DNA from: a virus
Lineage: Duplodnaviria; Caudoviricetes
DNA length: 47,526 nt
Reading direction: 5' to 3' (one strand)
IMG/VR virus record: IMGVR_UViG_3300032243_001524
Span: 1 to 47,526 of that record
In this document: positions 1 through 9,667 of the stretch, in pieces
Position numbering within the stretch: the stretch's first letter is position 1
Layout: every line of letters starts with the position of its first letter
Notes under the pieces: generated by a model
Told to the model about the DNA's origin: nothing
Seen by the model: the letters and a program-made list of their open reading frames with translations, nothing else
Databases searched by the model: none
Made by a program: the position numbers and the translations under genes

Positions 1-12
1 CAATATCTTAAG

Positions 13-228
13 TTAACCAAAGTCTCTTGGATCTAAGTTCTCTGTAATTAATGCAGATTTAAAAAATACACTGCCATCATATCCCTTTGCGTATCTATAT
101 AGCAAACGGCTCATGTTACAGTATGCAGTAGCATTTGACCAAGATAATTTTGCCTGTTCTATATCAGAAAGACGTAAGTCTGTAAATTGAATCTTTTCTG
201 ATTCAGTAAAAAAATGAGAATCAGGCAT
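13..228 (-). CDS. hypothetical protein (71 aa)
   Basis: ORF overlapping the stop of 221..889 in the same orientation; no recognisable motif. Confidence 0.5.
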   Translation of the reverse strand: MPDSHFFTESEKIQFTDLRLSDIEQAKLSWSNATAYCNMSRLLYRYAKGYDGSVFFKSALITENLDPRDFG

Positions 229-889
229 TGTTGTTTGGAACTGTTGGCTGATTTGGTGGATTGCTCACAGCGACGGATGGAGACTGTGCTTGTGCGTTAA
301 CAGCTGGCTTGGGCTCAGGCTCAGTGTCATCTTCATATCCATTATTGTTTTGATCTGCCCACTTTTCTGACATATAATACCATATGCCACCAGTGATTAT
401 CAAAGCATAAAAAGCAATAGCATACCAATTTACTTTTGCTATTGTAACTTCTGCGCCTTTTGGGAGAATAGCGACTGTCTCATTCTCTACTTTAACATGT
501 GTTGGATCAGGCATACTGAGGTATGTGTTTGGGGGAAGTATGATTGGGGTATTTTTTGGAACGTTAATAGATATAGTGCTTGGAACTGGCAATGTTTTTC
601 CATCTGGACCAACAGAGGAAACAGGAATTTTGACAGAATCAACCGGCACTTCTATCTTAACGGATTCTTCCAATATAGCATTAATAACTAGATCATTGTC
701 TGTTTTTACAAATGAACCTTTTGGTAAAGTAACTTTTGTATCATTTGCAATTGTGATAGGAGTCTCTTTGTTTAATACATTTGGCTCTGGCTTGTAAAGA
801 GCTGGAGCTATCATGTCTGTGCTGTTTGTTTTGCAAGCAGCAAGCATGAAGAGTGCCGATACGGAAATTATGCGTATAATATTTTTCAT
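221..889 (-). CDS. lipoprotein with C-terminal transmembrane helix; putative unimolecular spanin
   Basis: Signal peptide with lipobox LAAC (Cys19); three beta-like repeats (TLPKGS, ILPPNT, ILPKGA); hydrophobic WYAIAFYALIITGGIWYYM near the C-terminus; AAGGA RBS; downstream of a holin-like gene. Confidence 0.6.
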   Translation of the reverse strand: MKNIIRIISVSALFMLAACKTNSTDMIAPALYKPEPNVLNKETPITIANDTKVTLPKGSFVKTDNDLVINAILEESVKIEVPVDSVKIPVSSVGPDGKTLPVPSTISINVPKNTPIILPPNTYLSMPDPTHVKVENETVAILPKGAEVTIAKVNWYAIAFYALIITGGIWYYMSEKWADQNNNGYEDDTEPEPKPAVNAQAQSPSVAVSNPPNQPTVPNNNA

Positions 890-900
890 TTTTGTTCCTT

Positions 901-1338
901 TCAGCTCTTGGTGCTTGCGGCTGCTGATCCGAAGTAGAAGCCGACGATTGATAGCAAGATTTGTCTATTTTCTTGTGTGAAAAGATATCCAGTCACGTAG
1001 TGAAATAGTGTTTCTTTTGTCTCTGGGATGAGTCCAAAAAGAGCCTCTGGATGTGTCTGGGTAACTTCAACAACGGTTGGAATGCCAAAGAATGGAAGAA
1101 CAAATGGAGCTACAATTGTACCAAAAAGAACCGCTAAAACTATCACTTGACGAACTGTTTTTCCAGCGTCAAGAGGCACTCTTTGTACTGCATCATTTTG
1201 ATTTTGATTAGTTCTTTGATTGGCTTCTATAAGGCGCTTGAAATTTTCTTCCTCAGCCTTACGCTTTTCTGCCATAAATCTAAATATAAAGCCAACGGCG
1301 CTTCCGCCAACCATTGATAGTAGTTCAGGTGTAAACAT
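901..1338 (-). CDS. holin-like membrane protein
   Basis: 2-3 hydrophobic segments (LLSMVGGSAVGFIF; VIVLAVLFGTIVAPFVLPFFGI; ILLSIVGFYFGS); the C-terminal GFYFG resembles 3-TM (GTA-type) holins; GGAG RBS. Confidence 0.55.
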   Translation of the reverse strand: MFTPELLSMVGGSAVGFIFRFMAEKRKAEEENFKRLIEANQRTNQNQNDAVQRVPLDAGKTVRQVIVLAVLFGTIVAPFVLPFFGIPTVVEVTQTHPEALFGLIPETKETLFHYVTGYLFTQENRQILLSIVGFYFGSAAASTKS

Positions 1339-1441
1339 TTAGCTCTCCATTCCTGTTGTCATGGGTAATCCTTTTAAAAAATAGTAGCCCCCACTACTTG
1401 CAGTATCATAATTGCATTACAATTCCAAGCTTTAACTTCCT

Positions 1442-4400
1442 TTATAGGGACCAGGAGCAAGATGTTGCATTTTTATACCATGATTGATATGAGGCTTTTT
1501 TAGTTGAGCCTATAGCATTATTGAACTTTTTCTTAAATAGACGCTCTTCTGCCTCAATTGCTTTTTGCTCTGCCTCAAGTTTCGCAATTTCCATAAGTAT
1601 GCGAATTCTAAATTCAGATCTTGCGTTGCCGTGCATGACTTCTTGAATGTCATTCAGTCTAAGTTTAGAGATTTGATCAGCAATCATTATTTTACGCTGA
1701 AGTATATCGTATAGCTTTTCATCTTCTTCAACTGGCAAAACCATATAGTAAACATTGCTGGGAGCAACACTGTTTATTCTATAGAATCTACCCTTAGCTT
1801 GGGTGTCTAAAACTGGAGTCTGTGGCAAATCGTTAAATATAACGACATTTGCTGAATTCTCCATGCTCAAGCCAGTTCCTCCAGCATTAAAAGATATTAC
1901 CATAGCTGCATATGGAGACTTTTCTTCGTTTTTCATGAACATATCAACATGCTGTAGACGGCTCCATGGATCTTGTCCACCATACAAAAAGTATGCTTTT
2001 TTATTAAAGAATGGGGAAGTGGGCTGGAACTCTTTTAGTCCTTTTTCAATCCCATGCTTAATCATATTTCCAGCATCTATGTTGTCTGTGAATATTCCGA
2101 CTCTTTGTCCTTGTCTTAGATTTTCTAATGCAAACTGTATTGTGGCTGGAGCTTTTGCCTTTGCAAGAGATCTCCTATTAATGCCATACATAACAAGTGC
2201 AGCATTTCTTCCCTCTAAGGTGCCCCTCATTTTTGCTTGCTCTATTTCGTCAGATCGATGCTGCATAAAATAATCGATAAGCTCTGGATTATGCGTCTCT
2301 TTTGTATGAGATATTTGTGGAGGAAGAGGCTCTCTACTTGGATCTTGTGCAACTATATCATTCTTAGATCTTTGCAGATATATTTTAGACTGCACTAAAA
2401 CATCTCTGATTGCAGTACCAGTAGAAATTTCTTTTTCATCACGACTTGAAGAAAGCGTATTCGATATTTCACTAACAAAGTCTCCATAGTTCATGTCACC
2501 AAGCGGACTGTTAATTGCTCTTAATTGGTTATACAGATCTTGTTCTTTGTTTGCGACAATGGTGGCGGATGCACCCCAAACATTATTTGCTCCATTTGTG
2601 ACAATTTGAGTATTAAATGTTGTAAAGTTGGCATCATGCTCATCGTCATAGTTCTCTGCTCGATCATCCGGGTTTCCATTTTTTACCGTATGAACTTCGT
2701 CAAGAATAACAACATTCAAAACTCCAAGCTTAGACAATGCAGAGAAGTAAGCAGTGAGAATATTTCTCTTGCCGTCTTCTCCCCAATTTAATCCACCAGA
2801 TCTAGATCCCTTGATTCGCTCTAATAAATCTCTTTCTTTTTCCAGTTCATAGCGAACATCTTCTGGAAGATCTTCACTACTAAGTCTATATAAAATATCA
2901 TCTAATTCACTAGTGCGTTGAAGTCTAAGTTCTTGTCTCGCTATAAATTTGTTGATAGAGTCTTGCTTGTCGCTCTTTGCATTCAATATATATTCTTGAG
3001 CTTTTTCAATTAAAGCCTGAATGCTGCTTGCGCTTTTTGCAAAATTCAAAGCAACTTGCAATACATTAAACGCTGTAGCCCTAGCTAAAGAGTCAATATG
3101 ATTTGATATTTCTTTTTGGTCGTACCAAGAAGAATCTTTAGAATTCAGATACAGACTAGGAGAATCAATTTTTATGTTTTTCTGAATATAGATATTAGCT
3201 GCATTTCGTATGGCATTGATATACTCTTGAGACTTTTTGTTTTTAATCGAACTTGTCGCTTTTTGCACTTCCTCAAATATTGGAGCTGCAAACTGTGGAA
3301 CATAGGCATGCGCCTTGTTCATGATAGCAAGATATGCATCTAGTATTCCCTGTTTTCTACCAATAACATTACGTATAATATTTGGCCTTGGTGGTATGGC
3401 AAATTTTTCATAATTAAGTATGCACCATTTCCATTTTGGAACTGATATTCTAGGATTGCCCTGAGCATCAAGTATCTTTGTTGGATGGTCATATTTCATG
3501 AGATCATCAAACAACTCATCACCAGTCCATATATCAGACTCTGGTATTCCGGTAAAATAAGATATGTCTTTTTTGAATTGCGGAACGACAGAAGACTTGG
3601 TGAGAACAACAGCCTTCATATCTTTATTGATTTTGCTGCTATCGGCTTTAAGACGCAAATTTCCCGCAACAATAGCCTGCATTGTCTTACCGACTCCGGT
3701 ATCATCTCCCAAGATTGCATGAGTGCGAGAATATAAGAACTTGATGCCATCAACCTGCATGGGATATGGCTTCAATTTTGATGTGTCTGCATCAGGATTT
3801 TTTGCCAGCTGCTTGGATTTTAATCCATTTCCGGCAACCAATTCAACTTCTTTTATGAAATCTTCTTCAGACTTGTAACCGTCTCCATCTATGATGCCTT
3901 CAAATCTTGCGAGTTTTGGATCTACATTTTTTTTCTTTTTGGGGTCATAGAACTTTCCAGCGCTGAAGTCTGCAATTACCAGTGAAGCTAGTTGTGAATT
4001 ATCTACTTTTCTAGTATTGCATAAATCTGCGAATCTTTGAAAATCGCTTGGGTCGCCACGAACAAACCACCCATTCGATGTGGCTTGTATGTCTGTTCCA
4101 CCACGAACTTTGCAAAGTCGTTTTCTTGGGACCAAGTTGCCAGCTTCATCAGTTATTTCTTTTGTGTATTTTAAGTCATCAGTCATGCCAACGAATGCAA
4201 AAGTAATGCACTCTACTACTTCTGATTGTCTTTTTATATCTTTTTTAAGTATATTAGGAGCTTTAATTTCATACATCCAATTGCCACGAGTTTCTTCTTG
4301 AACAGATCTAGCAACTATTTCTACATGAGTAGATAAATTAATCTTTTCCTTAAGAGCAAATAGATGACTTGTTGCGTCAGGGTCTGCAGTACTTATGTCC

Positions 4401-5053
4401 CAAGATCTAGACTTGAGAATATCAAGTAAGCTTTTGTATTGCTCTTTTGTAATAGATGATATTATATTTTGTGTTTGACCGTTATTTAATTTTGTCTCAA
4501 AAAGAACACCAAGATTAGCAAATATTGATATCAATTCTCTATTAAAATTAGAATCTTTTGGTGATACAATAAGCTGCTTCCAGTTTTTACTGTCGCTCTT
4601 GTCTAGAAATTCAAAAGTTAAAAATTGCTTTATCTCTTTAGTAATTTTGGAGCTATCCTGAGTGTCTAAAACTGGAGTTATGACTCTTTGCTTCTTTTTA
4701 GGCGCTTGTTTAACTACTGGCGCCACTTCCTCTGGCCGCTGAGATGGTGTATCTGCTAATGCAGATGCGAATTCATCGTTTGTCTTTTTATTAACAAAAT
4801 CAATTGCGTGTTTCTTTACAATGTTAAAATCTGCCGTCTTTAGGGATGCTGGCAGACTGCTCAGTACTGCAAGATCCTTCAAAGACAGCTCAGACATACT
4901 ATTTTTTGAGGCTATGTTCTTTAATCTATCAAATTTGACCGCATCTACACCTGCAGCGGCTAGCTCATCTGGATTTTTATTTAATATCTGTCTAACATAG
5001 GATATGATATTATTTTCATTCTGCGCTAATTTGATTATGCTAAAAAGATTCAC
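1442..5053 (-). CDS. SNF2/SF2-family helicase/translocase with N-terminal extension and large insertion
   Basis: Q motif PYPMQ; Walker A GDDTGVGKT; ILNYE; DEVH; SAT; motif V AGGTGLSM; motif VI QAKGRFYRI; GTG start with AGGAG RBS. Confidence 0.9.
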   Translation of the reverse strand: MNLFSIIKLAQNENNIISYVRQILNKNPDELAAAGVDAVKFDRLKNIASKNSMSELSLKDLAVLSSLPASLKTADFNIVKKHAIDFVNKKTNDEFASALADTPSQRPEEVAPVVKQAPKKKQRVITPVLDTQDSSKITKEIKQFLTFEFLDKSDSKNWKQLIVSPKDSNFNRELISIFANLGVLFETKLNNGQTQNIISSITKEQYKSLLDILKSRSWDISTADPDATSHLFALKEKINLSTHVEIVARSVQEETRGNWMYEIKAPNILKKDIKRQSEVVECITFAFVGMTDDLKYTKEITDEAGNLVPRKRLCKVRGGTDIQATSNGWFVRGDPSDFQRFADLCNTRKVDNSQLASLVIADFSAGKFYDPKKKKNVDPKLARFEGIIDGDGYKSEEDFIKEVELVAGNGLKSKQLAKNPDADTSKLKPYPMQVDGIKFLYSRTHAILGDDTGVGKTMQAIVAGNLRLKADSSKINKDMKAVVLTKSSVVPQFKKDISYFTGIPESDIWTGDELFDDLMKYDHPTKILDAQGNPRISVPKWKWCILNYEKFAIPPRPNIIRNVIGRKQGILDAYLAIMNKAHAYVPQFAAPIFEEVQKATSSIKNKKSQEYINAIRNAANIYIQKNIKIDSPSLYLNSKDSSWYDQKEISNHIDSLARATAFNVLQVALNFAKSASSIQALIEKAQEYILNAKSDKQDSINKFIARQELRLQRTSELDDILYRLSSEDLPEDVRYELEKERDLLERIKGSRSGGLNWGEDGKRNILTAYFSALSKLGVLNVVILDEVHTVKNGNPDDRAENYDDEHDANFTTFNTQIVTNGANNVWGASATIVANKEQDLYNQLRAINSPLGDMNYGDFVSEISNTLSSSRDEKEISTGTAIRDVLVQSKIYLQRSKNDIVAQDPSREPLPPQISHTKETHNPELIDYFMQHRSDEIEQAKMRGTLEGRNAALVMYGINRRSLAKAKAPATIQFALENLRQGQRVGIFTDNIDAGNMIKHGIEKGLKEFQPTSPFFNKKAYFLYGGQDPWSRLQHVDMFMKNEEKSPYAAMVISFNAGGTGLSMENSANVVIFNDLPQTPVLDTQAKGRFYRINSVAPSNVYYMVLPVEEDEKLYDILQRKIMIADQISKLRLNDIQEVMHGNARSEFRIRILMEIAKLEAEQKAIEAEERLFKKKFNNAIGSTKKASYQSWYKNATSCSWSL

Positions 5054-5124
5054 AAGGTATCTCCTGTATGTAATAGTATAAATAAATACTTATAATTTTT
5101 ACTCTTACCTTTGGAGCTATCGAC

Positions 5125-6342
5125 ATGGCATTCATTAAAACAAGTGCTACTACAGGAAAATCTACAGTTGTTTTGAGCGATCAAGAATGGGTCGCTCAAG
5201 GAATATTCAATGGATGGTTTCATAAAAATGAAATCTCAGAAATAGAGTCATTTGCTAAAAAATTAGCTAATGACAGTAGAATCAAGTCAAGCCTTATGAC
5301 AAAAATGGCACAGTATATTGATGATTATGCCCAAGCAGAGCAAATGATGGCTGCGCAGCAAGCAGCTGCAGCTGGGAAAAGAGTAAGAACACCAGCCCAG
5401 ATAGCGGCTTTTCAAAGAATGCAAGCGGCAAATGCAGCAAGAAGAGCTCGAGAAACTCCTGCTCCGTCTACAGGTCAGATTGCTGGACCTTCATTCGCAG
5501 CTCAAATAAAAGATCCAAGAACTGGAAGAATGGTTATGCAGACACCAGAGCAAATGATGTCTAGCATGCAAAGAAATAGATTTGGTGATGCAGCAAGAGC
5601 AAACTATCAAAGAATGCAAAGCATGAACCCAGCGCAAAGAGAAATATTTATGAATCAACTGGCGCAAACCCCTCAGGGAAGACAAACTTTGACGCAAATA
5701 GCTAAATTTGAACAAACAGCCGCTCCAGGAATGGACCGATTTGTTCAAAGAATAGATCCAAGAACTGGAAAACCAATATCTCAAATAGCAGGTTTTGGAC
5801 AAGATGCAGCCACCAAAGCAAGAGCACTGAGGAGTCAAGTAAAAGGAGTCCCTGGGCAGTTGGCAAAGGCAGCTCCACAGACAGCTCAAAATATAAGAAC
5901 GGTAGGAAGAGGAGTTGCCTCTGGAGCTCGCGGAGTTGCTGGTGTGGCAAAAGGAGTCGGAGGTATGGCAATGCAAGGACTAAGTGCTGGACCAAATATT
6001 CCGTTCTTGCCAGGAGTTGGATTGGGAGGAGCGCTATTGGGCGCAGGTGGAGCGTACCTAGGAGCAAAGGCATACCAATATTTCCGTGATGGTAATATAA
6101 GAAATATGGTAATTAATCCTGACTTTGTAAAAGATCCAAATAAAGTTAAGTCAGCCCTCATAGGAGCTCAGCAAATGGGTCAGCTCAACTCAATGAAGGG
6201 TGTTACAAATTCTATAGATGATGCAGTGGATCGACTGAATGCAACTGTTGTTGCTGCAATTAACCAACTGGGTAATACACCAGAAGCTCAGCAACTGATG
6301 AATGCTGCTCGAGCCACTCAACAGCAAGGAGCCGCTCAATGA
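5125..6342 (+). CDS. Gln/Ala/Gly-rich protein of the leader + glycine-zipper paralog family; putative virion-internal protein
   Basis: VVLSDQEWVAQGIFNGWF leader, KMAQ, GGALLGAGGAYLG segment, KGVTNSIDD helix; GGAG RBS. Confidence 0.75.
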   Translation: MAFIKTSATTGKSTVVLSDQEWVAQGIFNGWFHKNEISEIESFAKKLANDSRIKSSLMTKMAQYIDDYAQAEQMMAAQQAAAAGKRVRTPAQIAAFQRMQAANAARRARETPAPSTGQIAGPSFAAQIKDPRTGRMVMQTPEQMMSSMQRNRFGDAARANYQRMQSMNPAQREIFMNQLAQTPQGRQTLTQIAKFEQTAAPGMDRFVQRIDPRTGKPISQIAGFGQDAATKARALRSQVKGVPGQLAKAAPQTAQNIRTVGRGVASGARGVAGVAKGVGGMAMQGLSAGPNIPFLPGVGLGGALLGAGGAYLGAKAYQYFRDGNIRNMVINPDFVKDPNKVKSALIGAQQMGQLNSMKGVTNSIDDAVDRLNATVVAAINQLGNTPEAQQLMNAARATQQQGAAQ

Positions 6343-6908
6343 AAAAGGTTAGACTATCAAAAGAGGCATGGGAGCAAGCTGCAATAAAGAGAGGCTATTT
6401 TAAAGATGCCTCTAGTGAAGATCGCTTGAATAAAGAAGCATTTGCTCCGCTTGTAACTGGACTTGTTGGCGGAGTGCTCGGAGCTGCTGGCAACTGGATT
6501 TATGATAAATATAAAGCCGGAGACTGGAAAGAAAGACTTTTGGGATATGGTATACCTCAAGAAAAATTAGAAAAGCTCAAGCAAGATGTAACAAAAATTG
6601 ATGCACTGTATCAGACGTTTAGTGGCTTATCTCCTAATCTCGCAACTGCTTTTAGAGAATTTAAAGAGCAAGTTCAAGATTCAATTAACAGAGCTGAAGC
6701 AGAAAATAATGCGGCAGGTAAAGGTAGTGTTGCTGCTGGATCTAAGGCATTGTCAGATCAGCAGAAAAAACAAGAAGAAGAAAAGGCCAAGCAGCAAGCT
6801 GGGAAGGCTCAACAGCCTCAGCAAGCACAACAGGCTCAGCAGCCTCAGCAAGCGCCAGCAGCACCAGCTGAGAAGCCAGAGTATGCTCCAGTGCAGAACA
6901 CGGCTTAA
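6339..6908 (+). CDS. leader + glycine-zipper paralog family protein
   Basis: VRLSKEAWEQAAIKRGYF...LNKEAF, GLVGGVLGAAG, SGLSPNL, Gln-rich tail; ATGA overlap with upstream gene. Confidence 0.75.
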   Translation: MKKVRLSKEAWEQAAIKRGYFKDASSEDRLNKEAFAPLVTGLVGGVLGAAGNWIYDKYKAGDWKERLLGYGIPQEKLEKLKQDVTKIDALYQTFSGLSPNLATAFREFKEQVQDSINRAEAENNAAGKGSVAAGSKALSDQQKKQEEEKAKQQAGKAQQPQQAQQAQQPQQAPAAPAEKPEYAPVQNTA

Positions 6909-6924
6909 TCACTTCATATATCTT

Positions 6925-6957
6925 ATTAAAAGCGCCAGTAAAGCTGGCGCTTTTAAT
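6925..6957. terminator. intrinsic terminator
   Basis: ATTAAAAGCGCCAG-taaag-CTGGCGCTTTTAAT perfect 14-bp inverted repeat including the T-tract, just after the stop at 6908. Confidence 0.85.
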
Positions 6958-7007
6958 TTGCGAGTTAAGAATATAGGTATATGCAAATTCGATAAGTAAA
7001 TATAATC

Positions 7008-7826
7008 ATGCATTATTTTCCACCACCAATTACAACATGGTACAAGTGCGCTCAACAAGTTGGGCAATACTTTCCATATAAAACAATCGCAAACGATACT
7101 TTATCTAGTATAGCAAAGAAATATCTAAACGATGTAAACAAATGGAAGGACCTGCAAACTTTAAATTCCATAAAAGATCCAAACAAACTTGAAGTTGCAC
7201 AAATTATAAATATACCAATCAACGCTGAAAACTATAATCTTTTTAACACGCTTGCATCGCCACAGGTTGCAAAAAAAGAAGAAGAAAAAAAGCCAGATAC
7301 AAATATAAGTGACCCATGGGGAGCATTGAAAACAGAGATAGCAAAGTCAGAGGGAAATTATGGAGCATATAATAGGGGCAAGTCAGGAGATACTCCAAGG
7401 CCAACAATTGATATTACGAAGCTAACTGTTGGACAGATTATGGAGATGCAGCGTAAGAAAGGAAGCGATGGCAAGAGATTGTTATTCGCTGTTGGAAAAT
7501 ATCAGATGATTCCAGGAACGCTGGCAGAATCCGTTGCAGATTCTAGAGTAGGAGTAAGTGCCGCAGATCTTTTTGATGCGACTACACAAGAAAAGCTGTT
7601 CATGCATCTTATGTACAAGAGACAGCACTTAATGGATTATATTAATGGCAAGAGTAATGACATCAATGCGGCCATAAATGATTTGGCAGCTGAGTTTGCG
7701 TCTCTGCCAATGACATCAGGCAAGGGTAGATACGATAAGGACAGCGCTGGAAATAAAGCAAGTGGGGGGCTAGGTAGAGTTGAGAAAATTAAATCAATAT
7801 TAATGTCAATAAGAGATAAAAAGTAA
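7008..7826 (+). CDS. LysM domain + lysozyme-like (lambda-lysozyme/transglycosylase-type) peptidoglycan hydrolase
   Basis: LysM: DTLSSIAKKY...LNSIKDPNKLEVAQIINIP; catalytic-type IAKSEGNY, AVGKYQMIPGTL, FDATTQEKL, LAAEFASLP. Confidence 0.85.
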   Translation: MHYFPPPITTWYKCAQQVGQYFPYKTIANDTLSSIAKKYLNDVNKWKDLQTLNSIKDPNKLEVAQIINIPINAENYNLFNTLASPQVAKKEEEKKPDTNISDPWGALKTEIAKSEGNYGAYNRGKSGDTPRPTIDITKLTVGQIMEMQRKKGSDGKRLLFAVGKYQMIPGTLAESVADSRVGVSAADLFDATTQEKLFMHLMYKRQHLMDYINGKSNDINAAINDLAAEFASLPMTSGKGRYDKDSAGNKASGGLGRVEKIKSILMSIRDKK

Positions 7827-7849
7827 TTAAAAAATAAAGCAAACTTACA

Positions 7850-9667
7850 ATGATTAAAAAAAAATGGAAACCTTTACACTTATTTTTATACCACAAAAAT
7901 GATGATGTAACAAGAGCAAATTATGAGCAGCTTGCCTTAATAGAAGGCGACGAAAATGTTCAGCCTATTTCTGACTCTCAATCATATTTGCCAAATACAT
8001 TTAGAGCCGATTTGCAAAAGTGGCCTTTTCCTCACTGGGACAGCTATTGGATGTGCGATGGATTAATATATAAATATCTGTTATACAATAAAGAAAGAGC
8101 CTTAAGTAGCTCATATGTATCTATAATTGAATATGATACATGGTGGCAATATTCTTCTAAAGAATGGATGCAAAAAGCAATGGAAGATCACGATATAATT
8201 GGATCTAATTTTCTTTCATTTGGAAAAAATCAATGGGAATTTTTTGAAAAACATAAGCATTTACATTTTGCAAATCAACTGCGTGGTCTCGTGCCATTTT
8301 CTGCTATATGCATAAAACCAGAAACATCAATCGCAATAGCAGAAAGGGTTCAGGCTGATCCAGATTTTCATAGTTTGTACAATAATGAAATGAGAATAGC
8401 AACAGCTGCAAATATCATAAAATCTAAAATAGGGTTATTGCCATTAAATATATCAAAAAATGTACAATGGCACGGATGTTTATTTACAGATGAAAAAAGC
8501 ATATATCATCCTGTAAAAACTGTTATAAGAAAGCCAACTTTATTTACAAAAAGAAAAAAATCTTCTATATCAAATAAAGAATTTGGTATAATTACTTGTG
8601 CATTTTATGATAATGAAGAATATGCAAAATCTTCAGTAGAAAGATTGAAAAACTCTGTCAACAGATTCGGATACGAATTGATAGTTGCTACTGGAAAAAG
8701 CTGCAAGTCGCTGCAAGATATAAAGGTAAAAAAATTAAGGCTAACACTAGAAGATATGGATCAGGAATGGATAATGTGGGTTGATGCTACCGATACTTAC
8801 TGCGTAAAAGATCCTATACAAAGTATAGATTTAGTTAAAAAATGCGGAAAAGAAATATTAATAAGTGCAGAGAGAAATTGTTGGCCAGAAAATAATTTAG
8901 CTCATCACTTCTTGCCTTCACCATATGAGAATGATGAATTTCCATATTATAGATTTTTAAATTCTGGGGTATTTGTCGGATTAAGAAAAAATATAATTAA
9001 ACATCTTAAAATACTCGAATCAATGATGGAAAAAGACAGTTCACTTGAAGAGCCATGGATGACAGATCAGGCATTGTGGACAAGAATATTTATACAACAA
9101 AAAGAACTTGGAGCTTCTATAAAACTAGATTTAGAATGCAATTTAAGTATATCTACAATCGATGTAGATGAAAAATTGTTTACAAAATATACAAACCAAG
9201 AGATTGATTGTGTACAAATATCGCCAACAAAAGGATGTCCAATTATATTGCATTTTAATGGAAATGATAAGCACAACACTAAAAAAATAAATTACCTAAT
9301 TGAACTAGCAAAAAATAATAACAAAAAAACTTATGATCATAGTGTACAAGTAAGGCAAAAAATAATAACAAAAAAATCAACCGCAAACCATAGTAAAGTA
9401 AAAGATTTCGCAATAAAGCTTTCTAATAAGATGCACCCAACTCAGCGTGTTACGTTAAACGTAGAAGGTTCAGGTAAAGCGCATGTCCCTGGACATCTAG
9501 ACATGACATGGAGGCCTGTGGGAAAGAACAGAATGAGCCTTTTTCATACAAAGAATAAAAGTAAAATTGGAGAAATAATAAAGAACCCAACAACGGGAGA
9601 GTATCTCGTTGTTCTTGATGTATTTGGGAAAACAAGTAGTACAGCATGGATAGGTAAAGAAATATGA
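7850..9667 (+). CDS. multidomain glycosyltransferase with PLOD-type GT-A domain
   Basis: WVDATD (DxD-like), ILISAERNCWP, FLNSGVFVG, TDQALWT and ILHFNG match the PLOD-like GT pattern; N-terminal domain with IIEYD may be a second GT. Confidence 0.75.
   Translation: MIKKKWKPLHLFLYHKNDDVTRANYEQLALIEGDENVQPISDSQSYLPNTFRADLQKWPFPHWDSYWMCDGLIYKYLLYNKERALSSSYVSIIEYDTWWQYSSKEWMQKAMEDHDIIGSNFLSFGKNQWEFFEKHKHLHFANQLRGLVPFSAICIKPETSIAIAERVQADPDFHSLYNNEMRIATAANIIKSKIGLLPLNISKNVQWHGCLFTDEKSIYHPVKTVIRKPTLFTKRKKSSISNKEFGIITCAFYDNEEYAKSSVERLKNSVNRFGYELIVATGKSCKSLQDIKVKKLRLTLEDMDQEWIMWVDATDTYCVKDPIQSIDLVKKCGKEILISAERNCWPENNLAHHFLPSPYENDEFPYYRFLNSGVFVGLRKNIIKHLKILESMMEKDSSLEEPWMTDQALWTRIFIQQKELGASIKLDLECNLSISTIDVDEKLFTKYTNQEIDCVQISPTKGCPIILHFNGNDKHNTKKINYLIELAKNNNKKTYDHSVQVRQKIITKKSTANHSKVKDFAIKLSNKMHPTQRVTLNVEGSGKAHVPGHLDMTWRPVGKNRMSLFHTKNKSKIGEIIKNPTTGEYLVVLDVFGKTSSTAWIGKEI

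Noticed and set aside
2715-3400. Intein in the helicase
   Set aside because: No N-terminal Cys/Ser block, no His-Asn + Cys/Ser/Thr junction and no homing endonuclease motifs
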